Below the pieces are notes generated by a model. The model did no database searches. It saw nothing but the letters and a program-made list of their open reading frames with translations, and was not told where the DNA came from. DNA of 62,003 bases from Priapulus caudatus. Lineage: Eukaryota. The stretch lies in the NCBI RefSeq assembly GCF_000485595.1, contig NW_014577066.1, forward strand, positions 84,973 through 146,975, given 5' to 3'. This document shows positions 13,055-24,630 of this stretch, piece after piece. The position numbers were made by a program, and so were the translations under genes. Position 1 is the stretch's first letter. Each line of letters begins with the position of its first letter.

Positions 13055-13285
13055 CAGTGCTCGAAATAAGCGTTGTCCGGTTGTCCGAGACAACCAGAAT
13101 TTGTGCCGGACAACCTAACCAGTCTGAGACATTGTCCGGTGGACAACCAAGAAAAAAGTTGACGAAAAAACGCACTTTATTTATGTTTTTCTCAGCGGTT
13201 CTCCAAGAGCACTTATAGCCTGGCGGCCCGCCATTAATCTATGGTGTGGGAAAGCAACGCATACCAGCTGCTATTTCCAACACTG
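13055..13285. mobile_element. Possible hAT-type MITE or fragments
   Basis: Imperfect TIRs cagtgctcgaaataagc ... gctatttccaacactg and internal ggacaacc/ggttgtcc repeats. No matching 8-bp TSD. Confidence 0.4.
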
Positions 13286-13626
13286 GTATATGTCAGGTTT
13301 TCTGATTTATGAGAGGTGAACTCGATTTGAAACCAGCAAACCAGCAAGTTCACCCCTACATTTTGGTATTTTTATTCCATTATTAATTTGAATTTTCCGA
13401 TGGCTTTGCCCATGCAAAACAAACAACATGCAGTGGGGATTCATGTTGATCCGAAAGTAAAAAAAAAGAGAATTGTCGTAGTCAGAATGAAGGCTGTACA
13501 TGTACTCAAAAGTGCTGCAAATACCATCTCCTGCCCCCATTTCTTCTCTCTCTCTCTCCTCTCCTCTCATCTCTATCTCTCTCTTCATTTCCTCCTCTCT
13601 CCCTCTCTTTTCTTTTCATCTTCCTA

Positions 13627-15853
13627 ATGATCAACTCTCTTCCTCCTTCTTCCCCTTCAGCTTGCACGCTCGGCTTAGCAGGATAAATTACGGAGCTGGG
13701 AATGCTCGTGGCCGGGTGGTGTGCTGCGGGCGCTCGCATCAGGCGCAGCGTAAGTGTTTATGATGGATAGATACGAGTTTCACCACCTGAAATGCATTGG
13801 TGGCTGTGTTAAAAGCAAATGATTTTACTTTAATCAACCGCTGTCGAGCCATATTTTCTCGCCATGTCTTTACTGAAGCAGTACTGCCTTGCGTACCCCA
13901 AGTGTCACAGTGCATGTAGTGCTAACGATGTCTTATAACACTCGCGACAATCATTATTTCACGCAGTTATGTGCGTTCGATCTGCTTTTCAACGTAGAAT
14001 GTACATATGTCAATATCAATACAGTTCTTCATCGTGCGTCTCAGCGACGATGACATCGACGCGGTAACCTGGCTCTACGCTATGTTGCCTTTGTCTAAAT
14101 GGGCGAGATAGACATTGTTCCCAGTCTGTAACAATTTAGCACGTCAACGCAAACGTGCAGGCTTGTTTTTGTGGCAGTATTTTCATGTATCAATTTCGGG
14201 CGAATCTCGGAATGCAGGCGCAAATTTGCTGTTTTGCTTCGCAAGGTCTGTAAGCTTGCGACGCAAATCAAAAATCCGTGCGCAGTTATACAGCGGCTAT
14301 TGACGCTAACGAGGCTAAGACAGAACGCAAAATTAAATAAACAAATAAATCCTGAAGAAAAAGATTTAAATAAACCGGGCCGAGTCAGCAGCAGGGTCTA
14401 TTCATCGTTGTATGATATTATCTAACACGTTGTGGACAGATATTTTCGATTCGGCGGAACGCAACAGGTGGGCGTTTTCATACTTAATTTAACGGCCATA
14501 CAGAGTGTAATATGCTGGCGCAGTGAGTATAGGGTGGGATTGATCACAGTAACATAGATGGATTCGTCTGGGCGCCGGCTCATTTTTAGATTCCGCATTA
14601 TTGTTATTAAATAATCTAAATGTCGATGTTCTAAGCTGCCGCCGTGCCGAAGCGCAGTTTGGTCGATTATTTTAAAGCATACCGCGGTTCTATAGCATGC
14701 GCACTTCGTAGCGGTTGTTAGTAGAATGACGCGAGTTTGTCTAATATTCCGTCAGACCGGCTGACCTTTTAATTCGTTTCTGCGCAGGCTGAAGCTGGTT
14801 TAATAGCGACATTTTCTCATCAGAAACTATCTATATCCATTGTAGCTAGTACTCATTTCGGGAAAGGTAAGGCGCCGCGAATAACCCTGATCTGATGTTG
14901 GATTGTTTGTTTGTTTGTTTGTTTGTTTGTGGATCGGCTCATACGAGAATAAGCGTGGTAATTCTGGTACACTATAGTATGTAGTAGCGTAACGTTAAAG
15001 CGCGTATCTGCGTATATAACGAGGGTTTTCGCAGATAACTCGGGCTTCTGGTCTTCGTAACAACGACTCATCTGTATTTAGACACAGACTACGATGGCCG
15101 TGACTAAAACACCCGGCGGGTTCAGGGCCGGACGCACTGTCCAGCGTCGCACTCACGCCGCCACGCGTTGCGTCACCGAGCCTCGCGGCTGCGTCACGGT
15201 GGTTTGACGGCGTCGCTCGCGATTTTCGCAGCGTCCGTATGCAGTGTTCTCCACCCGGCCTTCCCCTCGCGAAGCCGCTCCTCGGCCACCAGCGTGACGC
15301 CCCCCCGCCCTTCCAACACGAACCCCCTAAGCTGCGCCTGCGAGTGCCGTCGGCATCCTTGTGTTCGCAGAGTTTTTTGCGAAGGATCATTCATTGCCTA
15401 TGCTGCGCGCCGCCAGGCCCACACTCTCGCAAGCATGTATGCAAGGCATAGGTAACCGTGCAAAGCGCTGGGCGTGCTAAATGTTTCATTGGGTCGGCTG
15501 ATTATTCCGCATTCAGCCGAAGCATGCACGGCGCGAGTAAAGATGCTGCACGTTATGCAGTCGCTAAAATAATCTCCGCTTTTGCCGGTAGCTGCGTATG
15601 CGCCGTGCCACTCACAGTCTGTGGATGCAGTAGCTTCTCGTGTGCTTGCTGGCAGCTACTGGGCATTCTCGCAATCGAGGGTGGTGTTGCTTGTGGCTGC
15701 TGTCGGCTGGTGGTGGTGTAACAGTGGTGGTGGTGGTGCGGCGGCAGTGGGGTGGTGGTGGTGGCGGCGTGCGGCAGTGCGTGGTGGTGGCTTGTGGCTG
15801 CTGCGCTGTGCTGGTGGTGGTGGTGGTGGCGGTGGCGTGGCGGTGGTGCGGGG
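13627..15853 (+). repeat. Segment A, copy 1 (direct repeat of 17862-19843)
   Basis: Collinear with copy 2, e.g. gaaatgcattggtggctgtgttaaa, ctacgctatgttgcctttgtctaaat and gggcttctggtcttcgtaacaacgac. Many small indels. Confidence 0.92.
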
Positions 15854-16320
15854 NNNNNNNNNNNNNNNNNNNNNNNNNNNNNNNNNNNNNNNNNNNNNNN
15901 NNNNNNNNNNNNNNNNNNNNNNNNNNNNNNNNNNNNNNNNNNNNNNNNNNNNNNNNNNNNNNNNNNNNNNNNNNNNNNNNNNNNNNNNNNNNNNNNNNNN
16001 NNNNNNNNNNNNNNNNNNNNNNNNNNNNNNNNNNNNNNNNNNNNNNNNNNNNNNNNNNNNNNNNNNNNNNNNNNNNNNNNNNNNNNNNNNNNNNNNNNNN
16101 NNNNNNNNNNNNNNNNNNNNNNNNNNNNNNNNNNNNNNNNNNNNNNNNNNNNNNNNNNNNNNNNNNNNNNNNNNNNNNNNNNNNNNNNNNNNNNNNNNNN
16201 NNNNNNNNNNNNNNNNNNNNNNNNNNNNNNNNNNNNNNNNNNNNNNNNNNNNNNNNNNNNNNNNNNNNNNNNNNNNNNNNNNNNNNNNNNNNNNNNNNNN
16301 NNNNNNNNNNNNNNNNNNNG

Positions 16321-17835
16321 GGGGGGATTCTAGACCCGGTAACATTCAGGACATAACTAAACGCATTCGAACTTTCGACCAATTTAATTTCGAGAAGCTG
16401 AAAATCCTAACGGTTTTTTACCATACAGATTTTTAATTGAGAGAATGGTTAAAGTGGTGCTTATTTTGATGTAAATAATTCAAGCTCAAATATCAATACA
16501 GTCTTATTCTCGTTTTTCTACCAATTTAAATCTATTCAAGATATATATTCGTAGTGTTTTACTTACTGTGGATATCTTCGTAAATGTGACGGCTAGTATA
16601 AATTCACGCATCCGCGGTTATGAAATGAATGCCACGCCCTTCATCGTAAAGACATCTCTCATTTGTTGCTACATCGCCGACTGCGCGTCGTTAATTCGTT
16701 TAAAGTTCAAATAACTGTTTGTACGGTAATTACGTACGCGCGTGTAATTATTGCGTAATTACGGGTGGTCGTGAGTAAACAGCGTACGCAGGTAACAGAT
16801 AGGCGCGGCGAGGGACGCCGGGATGATGCCGGGGGCAGCAGAGGTTGGCTCGCCTGCTGGGTAAACTCGTGGTAGTAACGTAACGACGGATGGCAAACGA
16901 GAGATCTGCTAATGGTGGCCTGGCGGTCGCTCGCGGAAGGCTGTGGGGATGCTTATTAAATAACGCGAGGCGTGCGTGCGTGCGTGCGTGTAGGGAGACC
17001 GAAGCCCCTTAGCTCGCCTTACATTACCGCGTCACGCGTCCTTTCGACGTTTTTACGTGTCTTCTCTTACCTGACCAACGACGGCGGCAGCGGCGGCATC
17101 GTTGATGTCATTACGGCTTTATCTGTCTCTCGCTCTTCATCCCTCCCCCGCACATATACTCCCTCCCCGTTCGGTGTGTCCTTCATTCTGTGGCATGTGT
17201 CTAGTGCAGACTAGGCATATAGAACCTAGGTTTTTTCGAGCCGAACAGTTTTTACTAGCGTTAAAACCGTAAGTTTACTTCTAAATTCTCCTACAGGTGT
17301 CCCTAGTGCTGCATTCGCCGTTATGTTATCACGTCCGGATTTCGCACGCGCGGAATCTTTTCAACGAGGATTATCCTGCTATTCAGTTGTTTTTTTAATG
17401 ACTTCGCAGCATAAACGAGGTAAATGAATGGTCAACGAGCGATTGAGAATCGGAGACTAGTGGATTATAATAATCTGTAAGTGCGACGGAAATGCAAAGT
17501 GAATGAATTTATTTTTCGTTATTGCGGTCTCGTTAATGCTGTTTTTTTATTGATAACTTGTGTTTTTTGCTACATACGCTCGTGGAACTCCAGATGTGTT
17601 CCACGTATATCGGATGAAATGGCTCAAACCTCCAGGATAACGGATGTAGGAAAATTAGGCATAGGGAAACTGGCATATAGGACGCAAATGGTTAACCTCG
17701 GTTTACGACTGCAAAGAGGAAAATGGATGGAGCAGGGGAGGAGAAGTAGAGGGAGGAAGGATATAAGAGAGAAGAATATGGTAAATTGTCAAAACATTGC
17801 AAAGACGCACCCTTCCACATCCCCCCCCCCCTTTC
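16321..17835 (+). repeat. Segment B (inverted repeat of 19897-21530)
   Basis: ttgcaaagacgcacccttccacatcccc (17797-17830) is the reverse complement of ggggatgtggaagggtgcgtctttgcaa (19905-19932). ctagacccggtaacat (16330) pairs with atgttaccgggttctag (21506). Confidence 0.92.
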
Positions 17836-17861
17836 TCTCTCTTTTTCTTTCTCTCTTCCTC

Positions 17862-19843
17862 ATGATCACTCTCTTCCTCCCTTCCTCCCCTTTTCACTTG
17901 CACGCTCGCTCTTAGCAGATAAATTACCGAGCTGAATGCTCGTGCCGCGGTGGTGTGCTACGGGCATTCGCATGCGTGCGCGCGTAAGTGTTTATGTGCG
18001 TGCTAGTTGTTTCACCCCCTGAAATGCATTGGTGGCTGTGTTAAAGCAATGATTTTACGTTTAATCAACCGCTCTCATATTTTCTCGGCCATTCTTATAC
18101 TAAGCAGTACTCCTTGCGTAGCCCCAAGTGTACACAGTGCATGTAGTGCTAACATGTCTTATAACACTCGCAACATCATTATTTTCGCCAGTATGTGCGT
18201 CCGATCTGCTTTTCAACGTAGAATTGTTTACATATGTCAACATCAATAGCACGTCGTTCTCGCGTCTCACGAGATGACATCGACCGGTACCCTGGCTCTA
18301 CGCTATGTTGCCTTTGTCTAAATGGCGAGATAGAATTGTTACCAGTCTGTAACAATTTACGTCACGCAAACCGGTGCACTTGTTTTGTGGCAGTGTTTTC
18401 ATGTATCAATTTCGCGAATCGCGGGCATGCAGGCGCAAATTTGCTGTTTTTGCTTGCAAGTCTGTAACTGCACAAATAAAAATCCGTGGCGAGTTATCAG
18501 CGCTATATCTCCGCTAACGGAGCTAAGACAGAACAAAACTTAAATAAAACAAACTAAACCTGAGAAAAAAACTTTTAATACCAGTCACAGCAGTGTCATT
18601 CACGTTTATGATATACCCTAACACGTTGTGGAAGATATTTTCGATTCGCGGAACGCACAGGTGGGCGTTTCATAACTTAATTTACCCATACAAGTGTAAA
18701 TCTGCGCAGTGTATAGGTGGGTTGACACTGAACGAAATACGTGGGCACGCAAGTTTAGATCCCATTATTGTTATTAAATAATCTAAAATGTCGATGTTCT
18801 AAGTGCCCGTGGCCGAACGCAGTTTGGTGATATTTTAAACATACCGCGTTCTATACATAGCGCACTTCGTAGCGGTTGTGAGTCAGAATGACGCACGTTT
18901 GTCTATTTCCGTAGACCTGACCTTTAATCGCTTCTCGCAGGCTGAAGTGGTTTATAGCTGACATTTTCTCAATCAGAACACTATCACTATGTAGGCTAGT
19001 ACTATTTAGGGAAATGTAGCGAATAACCCCGAGCTGATTTGGATTGTTTGTTTGCTTGTTTGTTTGTTTGTTTGTTTGTTTGTTTGTTTGTTTGTTTGTT
19101 TGTTTGTTTGTTTGTGGATCGGTCATACGAGAAAAGATGTGGCTAAGCTTGAAATTCTGGTACACTAGGTTTCCTGCCAGATTCTTTACGAATTTTCGAA
19201 TTCTCGTAAACGTAAATGTTAAACGCGTATCTGCGTATATAACGAGGGTTTCCAGATAACTGGGCTTCTGGTCTTCGTAACAACGACCGTCTGTTTACAC
19301 ACAGACTAAGATGGCCGTGACTAAAACAACCGCGGTTCAGGCACCGACTTCCAGCGTCACTACGCCACGTTGCGTCACGCCTCGCGGACTGCGTCACGGT
19401 GGTTGACGCGTCCCTCGGATTTCGCAGCGTCGTATCAGTTTCTCCACCCGCTTCCACCTCCGAAGCCTCCCTCGCCACCAGGTGACCCCCCCCCCCCCCC
19501 CTTCCCCTCCCATGCATGCATGTATGCAAGCAGATATAGGTAAGCTGTGCAAGCGCTGCGTGCTAAATGTTTCATTGGTTCGGTGATTAATTCCATTCAG
19601 CCAGCATGCACGCGCGAGTATAGATGCATGCACGTATGCACGTCGCTAATAACCTGCCGTCTTTTCCGGTAGGCTGCGTATGCGGCGTGCACTCACCTGT
19701 GCTGCAGTAGCTTCTCCGTGTGCTTGCTGCAGCTACTGCATTCTGCAATCGAGGTGGTGTTGCTTGTGCTGCTGTCGCTGGTGGTGGTGGTACAGTGGTG
19801 GTGGTGGTGGCGGCGGCAGTGGTGGTGGTGGTGGCGGCGGCAG
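17862..19843 (+). repeat. Segment A, copy 2
   Basis: See 13627-15853. Confidence 0.92.
18998..19273 (-). mobile_element. Non-autonomous Helitron/Helentron-like (HINE/Lep1-type) element nested in segment A; degenerate copy at ~14850-15052
   Basis: On the - strand it starts gaccagaagcccagttatc, carries gtaccagaatttcaagc, and has an (ACAA)n microsatellite just before the 3' end. This layout is typical of these elements (family assignment is inference). Confidence 0.45.
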
Positions 19844-19896
19844 TGATTGCGTGTGTGTGTGTGTGTGGTGTGTGTGGGTGGCGAGAGGTAGAGCAG

Positions 19897-21530
19897 GAAA
19901 GGGGGGGGATGTGGAAGGGTGCGTCTTTGCAATGTTTTGAACAATTCTACCATATTCTTCTCTTCTTATATCCTTCCTCCCTACTTCTCCTCTCCCTGCT
20001 CCATCCATTTTCCTCTTTGCAGTCGTAAACGAGGTTAACCATTTGCGTCCTATATGCCAGTTTCCACTATGCCTAATTTTCCTACATCCGTTATCCTGCG
20101 GAGGTTTGAGCCATTTCTATCCGATATACGTGGAAACACATCTGGAGTTCCACGAGCGTATGTAGCAAAAAACACAAGTTATCAATAAAAGAAGAACAGT
20201 CATTAACGAGACCGCAATAAACGAAAATTAAATTCATGTCAACCTTTGCGATTTCGGTCGCACCTTAGCAGATTATTATAATCCCACTAGTCCTGCCGAA
20301 TTCTCAAATCGCGTCGTTGACCATTTCATTTACCTCGGTTATGCTGCGAAGTATTAAAAAACAAACTGAATAGCAGGATATATCCTCGTTTGAAAAGGAT
20401 TCCGCGCGTCGAAAATCCGGACGTGATAACAAGGACGGTCGAATGCAGGGCACTAGCGATAGGACACCTGTAGAGAATTTAGAAGTAAACTTACGGTTTT
20501 AACGCTAGTAAAACTGTTCGGCTCGAAAAAACCTAGGTTCATATATGCCATAGTCTGCACTAAAACAAATGCCCACAGAATGAAGGACAACAGTCCGAAC
20601 GGGGAGGAGTAATATGTCAGGGGAGGGATGAAGAGCGAGAGACAGAATAAAGCCGTAATTGACAGCAACGATGCGTCCGCTGCCCGCCGTCCGTTTGGTC
20701 AGGTAAGAGAAGACACGTAAAAACGTCGAAGGACGCCGTGAACACGCGGTAATGTAAGGCTGAGCTAAAGGGGCTTCGGTCGTCCACTACAACGAGCCAT
20801 CGCCACGCCGCACGCCTCGCGTTATTTAATAAGGGCGATCCGCCACAAGGCCTTCCGCGAGCCGACCGCCAGGCCACCATTTTTTTTATTTTTTTTACAG
20901 ATCCGTCGTTTGCCGTCCACCGCCATNNNNNNNNNNNNNNNNNNNNNNNNNGATCTCTCGTTTAGCCGATCGACGCCATCGGCGTCGTTACGCTTACTAC
21001 CACGAGGTTTACGCCAGCAGTGGAGCCAACCACTGCTCCCCCGGCATCATCCCGGCGTGCCTCGCCGCGCCTATCTGCTTACCTGCGTACGGCTGTTTAC
21101 TCACGCACACCGTAAGTTACCAATATTACAGCGCGTACGTTAATTACCGTACAACACACGTTATTTGAACTTTAAACAATTAACGACGCGCCAGTCGGCT
21201 GAGCTGTGCAACAAAATGAGAGCCTGTCTTTACGATGAACGGAGCGTGGCATTCATGTTCATAACGCGGCATGCATGAATTTATACTAGCCTGTCACTTA
21301 TTACGTAAGATATCACTAGGTAAGTAAAAACACTACGAATTATTATACTTGAATAAGATTCTAAATTGGTACGAAAAAGCAGAATAAGACGTATTGATAT
21401 TGAGCGTTGAATAGTTACATCAAAATAAGCACCCTTTAAGCCATTCGTCTCAATTAAAAGCTTTGAATATTGGTCGAAAGTTCGAATGGTTTATATGTCC
21501 TCTCGATGTTACCGGGTTCTAGAAAATACC
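19897..21530 (-). repeat. Segment B', inverted copy of 16321-17835 (contains a 25-N gap)
   Basis: See 16321-17835. It is followed by a (CAC)n tract that is the reverse complement of the (GGT)n end of segment A. Confidence 0.92.
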
Positions 21531-21834
21531 CCCCCCCACCACACACACTACCACCACCACCAACCGCGGGCCAGCCAGCACAAGGCACCACCAACCAGAC
21601 TGCGCCGGCACACACCACCCACTCACAGCGGCGCCAGCACAAGCACCACCACCACTGCCGCCGCCACCACCACACCACCACCACAACTACCACCACACCA
21701 CAGCAGCGGCGCCAGCACATAGCCCCCACACACCGCCACTGCGCACGCACGCACGCACGCACGCACGCACACACACATATATTCACACAAACCATAACAT
21801 GCATATGCACGCACATTATATTTTTGTACATTAA

Positions 21835-22275
21835 AGCCGCACTATGCGCATCCAAACGCTAATTTCTCCAGTACTAGACTAGCAAATACTTCGTTTCATG
21901 CATAATCACACTACCTTATGGCAAAATAAACTCTAGTTCCTCCCATTTCAGTGCACGTTTGCTTAAAACCCACAAAAAAGAGTTGCCAAACAATTTCGCC
22001 AAGAATCGGTTAGGTGACGTCACATGTTTTTATCTTTGCTGTACCGCAGCACCGCTCCACGGTTGCTTGGCAGAGCAACGCGAAAGTGTCAACAACATCG
22101 GAGAATTTGAACAACATTGGAGGTATTTTCAAATGCCTTTTATAAGACAACGCGCAGTGAAATGGGAGGAACTAGAGTTTATTTTGTCATAAGGTAGTGT
22201 GATTATGTATGACACGAAGTATTTGCTAGTCTAGTACTGGAGAAATTAGCGTTTGGATGCGCATAGTGCGGCGCT
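21835..22275. mobile_element. MITE with ~125-bp TIRs and TTAA TSD (Kolobok-like)
   Basis: ttaa|agccgcactatgcgcatccaaacgctaatttctccagtactagactagcaaatacttcg ... cgaagtatttgctagtctagtactggagaaattagcgtttggatgcgcatagtgcggcgct|ttaa. TTAA at 21831-21834 and 22276-22279, with purine-purine termini. Confidence 0.85.
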
Positions 22276-22671
22276 TTAAGTATGTATAGTAAGCACTTCG
22301 TTGGATTTCACTGAGATGCTAATATAATATAAGGAGCGATAGCGGCAGCAGCGGAGACCCCAGTCAGTGTAGCCTGTCGCGTGGCAGTGCTTGCCCAGGT
22401 CCCTCGTTATCATTATGCAGATTTCAACGAACGGAAATTTGAGAGTCGCTCGTATCTGGCCGTATATGAAGATCTCATCTGATTTATGCAGCCTTATAGG
22501 CCTTGCCGGGTAATGAAAATACGTGCTGCACATGTGGCTCGCTTTACTTGGTTATAGTTTCGTCTCGGACACTGATTTATGATGCATCCGCGTGTGTGTG
22601 CAGCCGCGCTCGTCGCACGATATTTGGTCGTGAATGTACGTCTCCCTGGCATTGCACGTCACTGCATGCAT

Positions 22672-22795
22672 GACTGGGACCAGGGTGTCACTCCATGACT
22701 GGGTCTCATTCCATTACTAGGTGTCACTCCATAACTGGGTGTCACTCCATGACTAGGTGTCACTCCTTGACTGGGTGTCACTCCTTGACTGGGTA
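22672..22795. repeat. 18-bp minisatellite gggtgtcactccatgact
   Basis: About 6-7 tandem copies, with degenerate copies continuing to ~23040. Confidence 0.9.
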
Positions 22796-24109
22796 TATCG
22801 GCCAGTGGCTCAACTTCCTCCAGTGACTGGGTGTTTGTCTGATCGTGACCAGGCATTGATTGCTCTGTGACCTTGTGACGTACGGTGATTGTGTGTACGT
22901 CTAACTGTGACTAGGCTTCGCTCTCTGACTGGGTGTCACTCGTGGACTGAGCGTCGTACATGTGACTGGGTGTACGGCTAACCGTAACTAGGCATCGCTC
23001 TGCAACTGTGTGTCGCTCGATGGCTGTACTGGGTATCTGTCAGTTAGCATTACCAGTCCAGTGTTTGTTTTGTAGCGTATACTGACTGAGACTGGGGGCG
23101 TGACGCTCTTCTACCAACAGTTCTGTTGCGCGCCCGACAATTACAGCGTTACAGGCGCGCGCTGGAAGTAATTTGCCTCCGTCGGCATCTGTCGATGGCT
23201 CCGTGTTTACTACACTACTCTTTCGAAAAACAAATCCGCGAAATGCCACCGAGACTGCGTCGCGCAGGTGCACGTCGATGTCATCTGTGTGTGCGTGCGT
23301 GCGTGCAGGCGTGCGTGTGTGCGTGCAGGCGTGCGTGCGTGCGAGCGAGCGTGCATCAGTCCGTCCGTGTACGTGCGTGCGCGCGCTACATACATATACG
23401 CGGCATGCAGCCGTCTTTGCGCTCTCCCAGTCGACGCCTGTGTCAGGGGCAGCGTATCTATCTAGTAGCACGTTGGGTGACCACACTGGCGGTGGTGGGT
23501 TTCATGTGGGGCGGCTACGGTGGACAAGCACAAAGACTGTGCAGTTTTGTTCCCGGGGAGCGAGCCAGTGGAGGAGGGTGGTGTGCGAGAAGAGAGAGGG
23601 TGGACGTTGTGTGTGATGGGGTGAGGTATATATAGAACTCCGTGCTAGTGGCGTGATACTCGCCCACCTTTTCGGTTCCTTCTTTCTCTGCTCTCCCCAC
23701 CTCTCATCTCTCCTCATCTCTCCATTACCTCTTCTCCCTGCTCCACCCTCTCTTTCTTCTCAACACGTGCCACCGTTCTCCAGTCCTCTATTCTCTCCAA
23801 AATTCCTCTCTCCCCTTCCACTCTTTCCATCCCTACTTCCATCTCTCCGTCGTTCTCTTCTCCCTCCCCCGCTGGTCTAACCTTGACCCGCCTGGTCATA
23901 ATCATCGGCGGCAGCAGCAGCAGCAATGAGGGGGTGAATGTGTGAACGAGGTAGCAGCGAGCGAACCCGCGCTTGTCCGGCGAGCTATAGCCTGTACCGC
24001 GTATTACGCTTCATATCAGCGGTCCCCCTAGCGCGCTACTGATGTATTAATTTGTCAGAATCAATAAACAGCCTTGTCGGTGCTCTACGTGCGCGCCGGT
24101 AAATGTAAC

Positions 24110-24420
24110 GGCGCATGCGATTGGTTGCCTGTGCTTACCTGCGAGGCAGCCTGGCCAGGAGGAAAGCAGTTACCTACCAACGAGACGAGCTATTGATTTT
24201 ACAATGTGCCAACACTGTACCTGTCCGTGCTTGCTATGCGCGCGTTGATTGGACAGGTGCGTTCTCACCTGTGCGTTCCGGCCAATGCCTACGTGTTAGC
24301 CATGTACCGCTCAGGTATTATTATTGATGATTAAAATGCGTGCGTTGCACCTGCTGATTGGTCGTTGGTGTTTCGTATTGCAGGTATATATATATATATA
24401 TAGAGATATATATATATATT
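24110..24420 (+). promoter_or_regulatory. CCAAT-box cluster upstream of the hnRNP K start-codon exon (candidate promoter)
   Basis: ATTGG at 24120, 24248 and 24357, CCAAT at 24282, an NRF1-like gcgcatgcg at 24111, and a TA tract at 24385-24420. ttgcag at 24378-24383 could instead be a splice acceptor. Confidence 0.35.
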
Positions 24421-24614
24421 AGCGGAGAGAGCGGGATATATCGCCGGTGCCTGACTCATCGTTGCCACAGCGTAAAGGGGAGAGTTGACGACCACACCTA
24501 GAGGAAATCTCGTGCCCACGCCCCCCGACTACGATTCGCACGCGTCCATCGGTCTGTTCGGAAGAAGCCCCACTCAGCCAGCGAAAGATCACCGAGAGTT
24601 GACAGACCACAGCG

Positions 24615-24630
24615 ATGGCCAGCCAAGAAG
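24615..24630 (+). CDS. HNRNPK: hnRNP K, probable first coding exon (MASQE + 1 nt)
   Basis: gcgATGGCCAGCCAAGAAG|gtacgt has a good start context and a strong phase-1 donor. It joins 41675 in frame (G|AT = Asp). Inferred from phase and signals, not from homology. Confidence 0.55.

Noticed and set aside
15582..16436. ORFs spanning N runs (also 33927-35462, 40195-41215, 53458-54317, 59834-60385)
   Set aside because: Their length comes from assembly gaps and (CT)n/(GA)n tracts.
22421..22509. Possible exon atgcag|ATTTCAACG...GCCGG|gtaatg (ISTNGNLRVARIWPYMK...)
   Set aside because: Weak polypyrimidine tract, phase not matching the upstream candidate chain, and no recognisable peptide.
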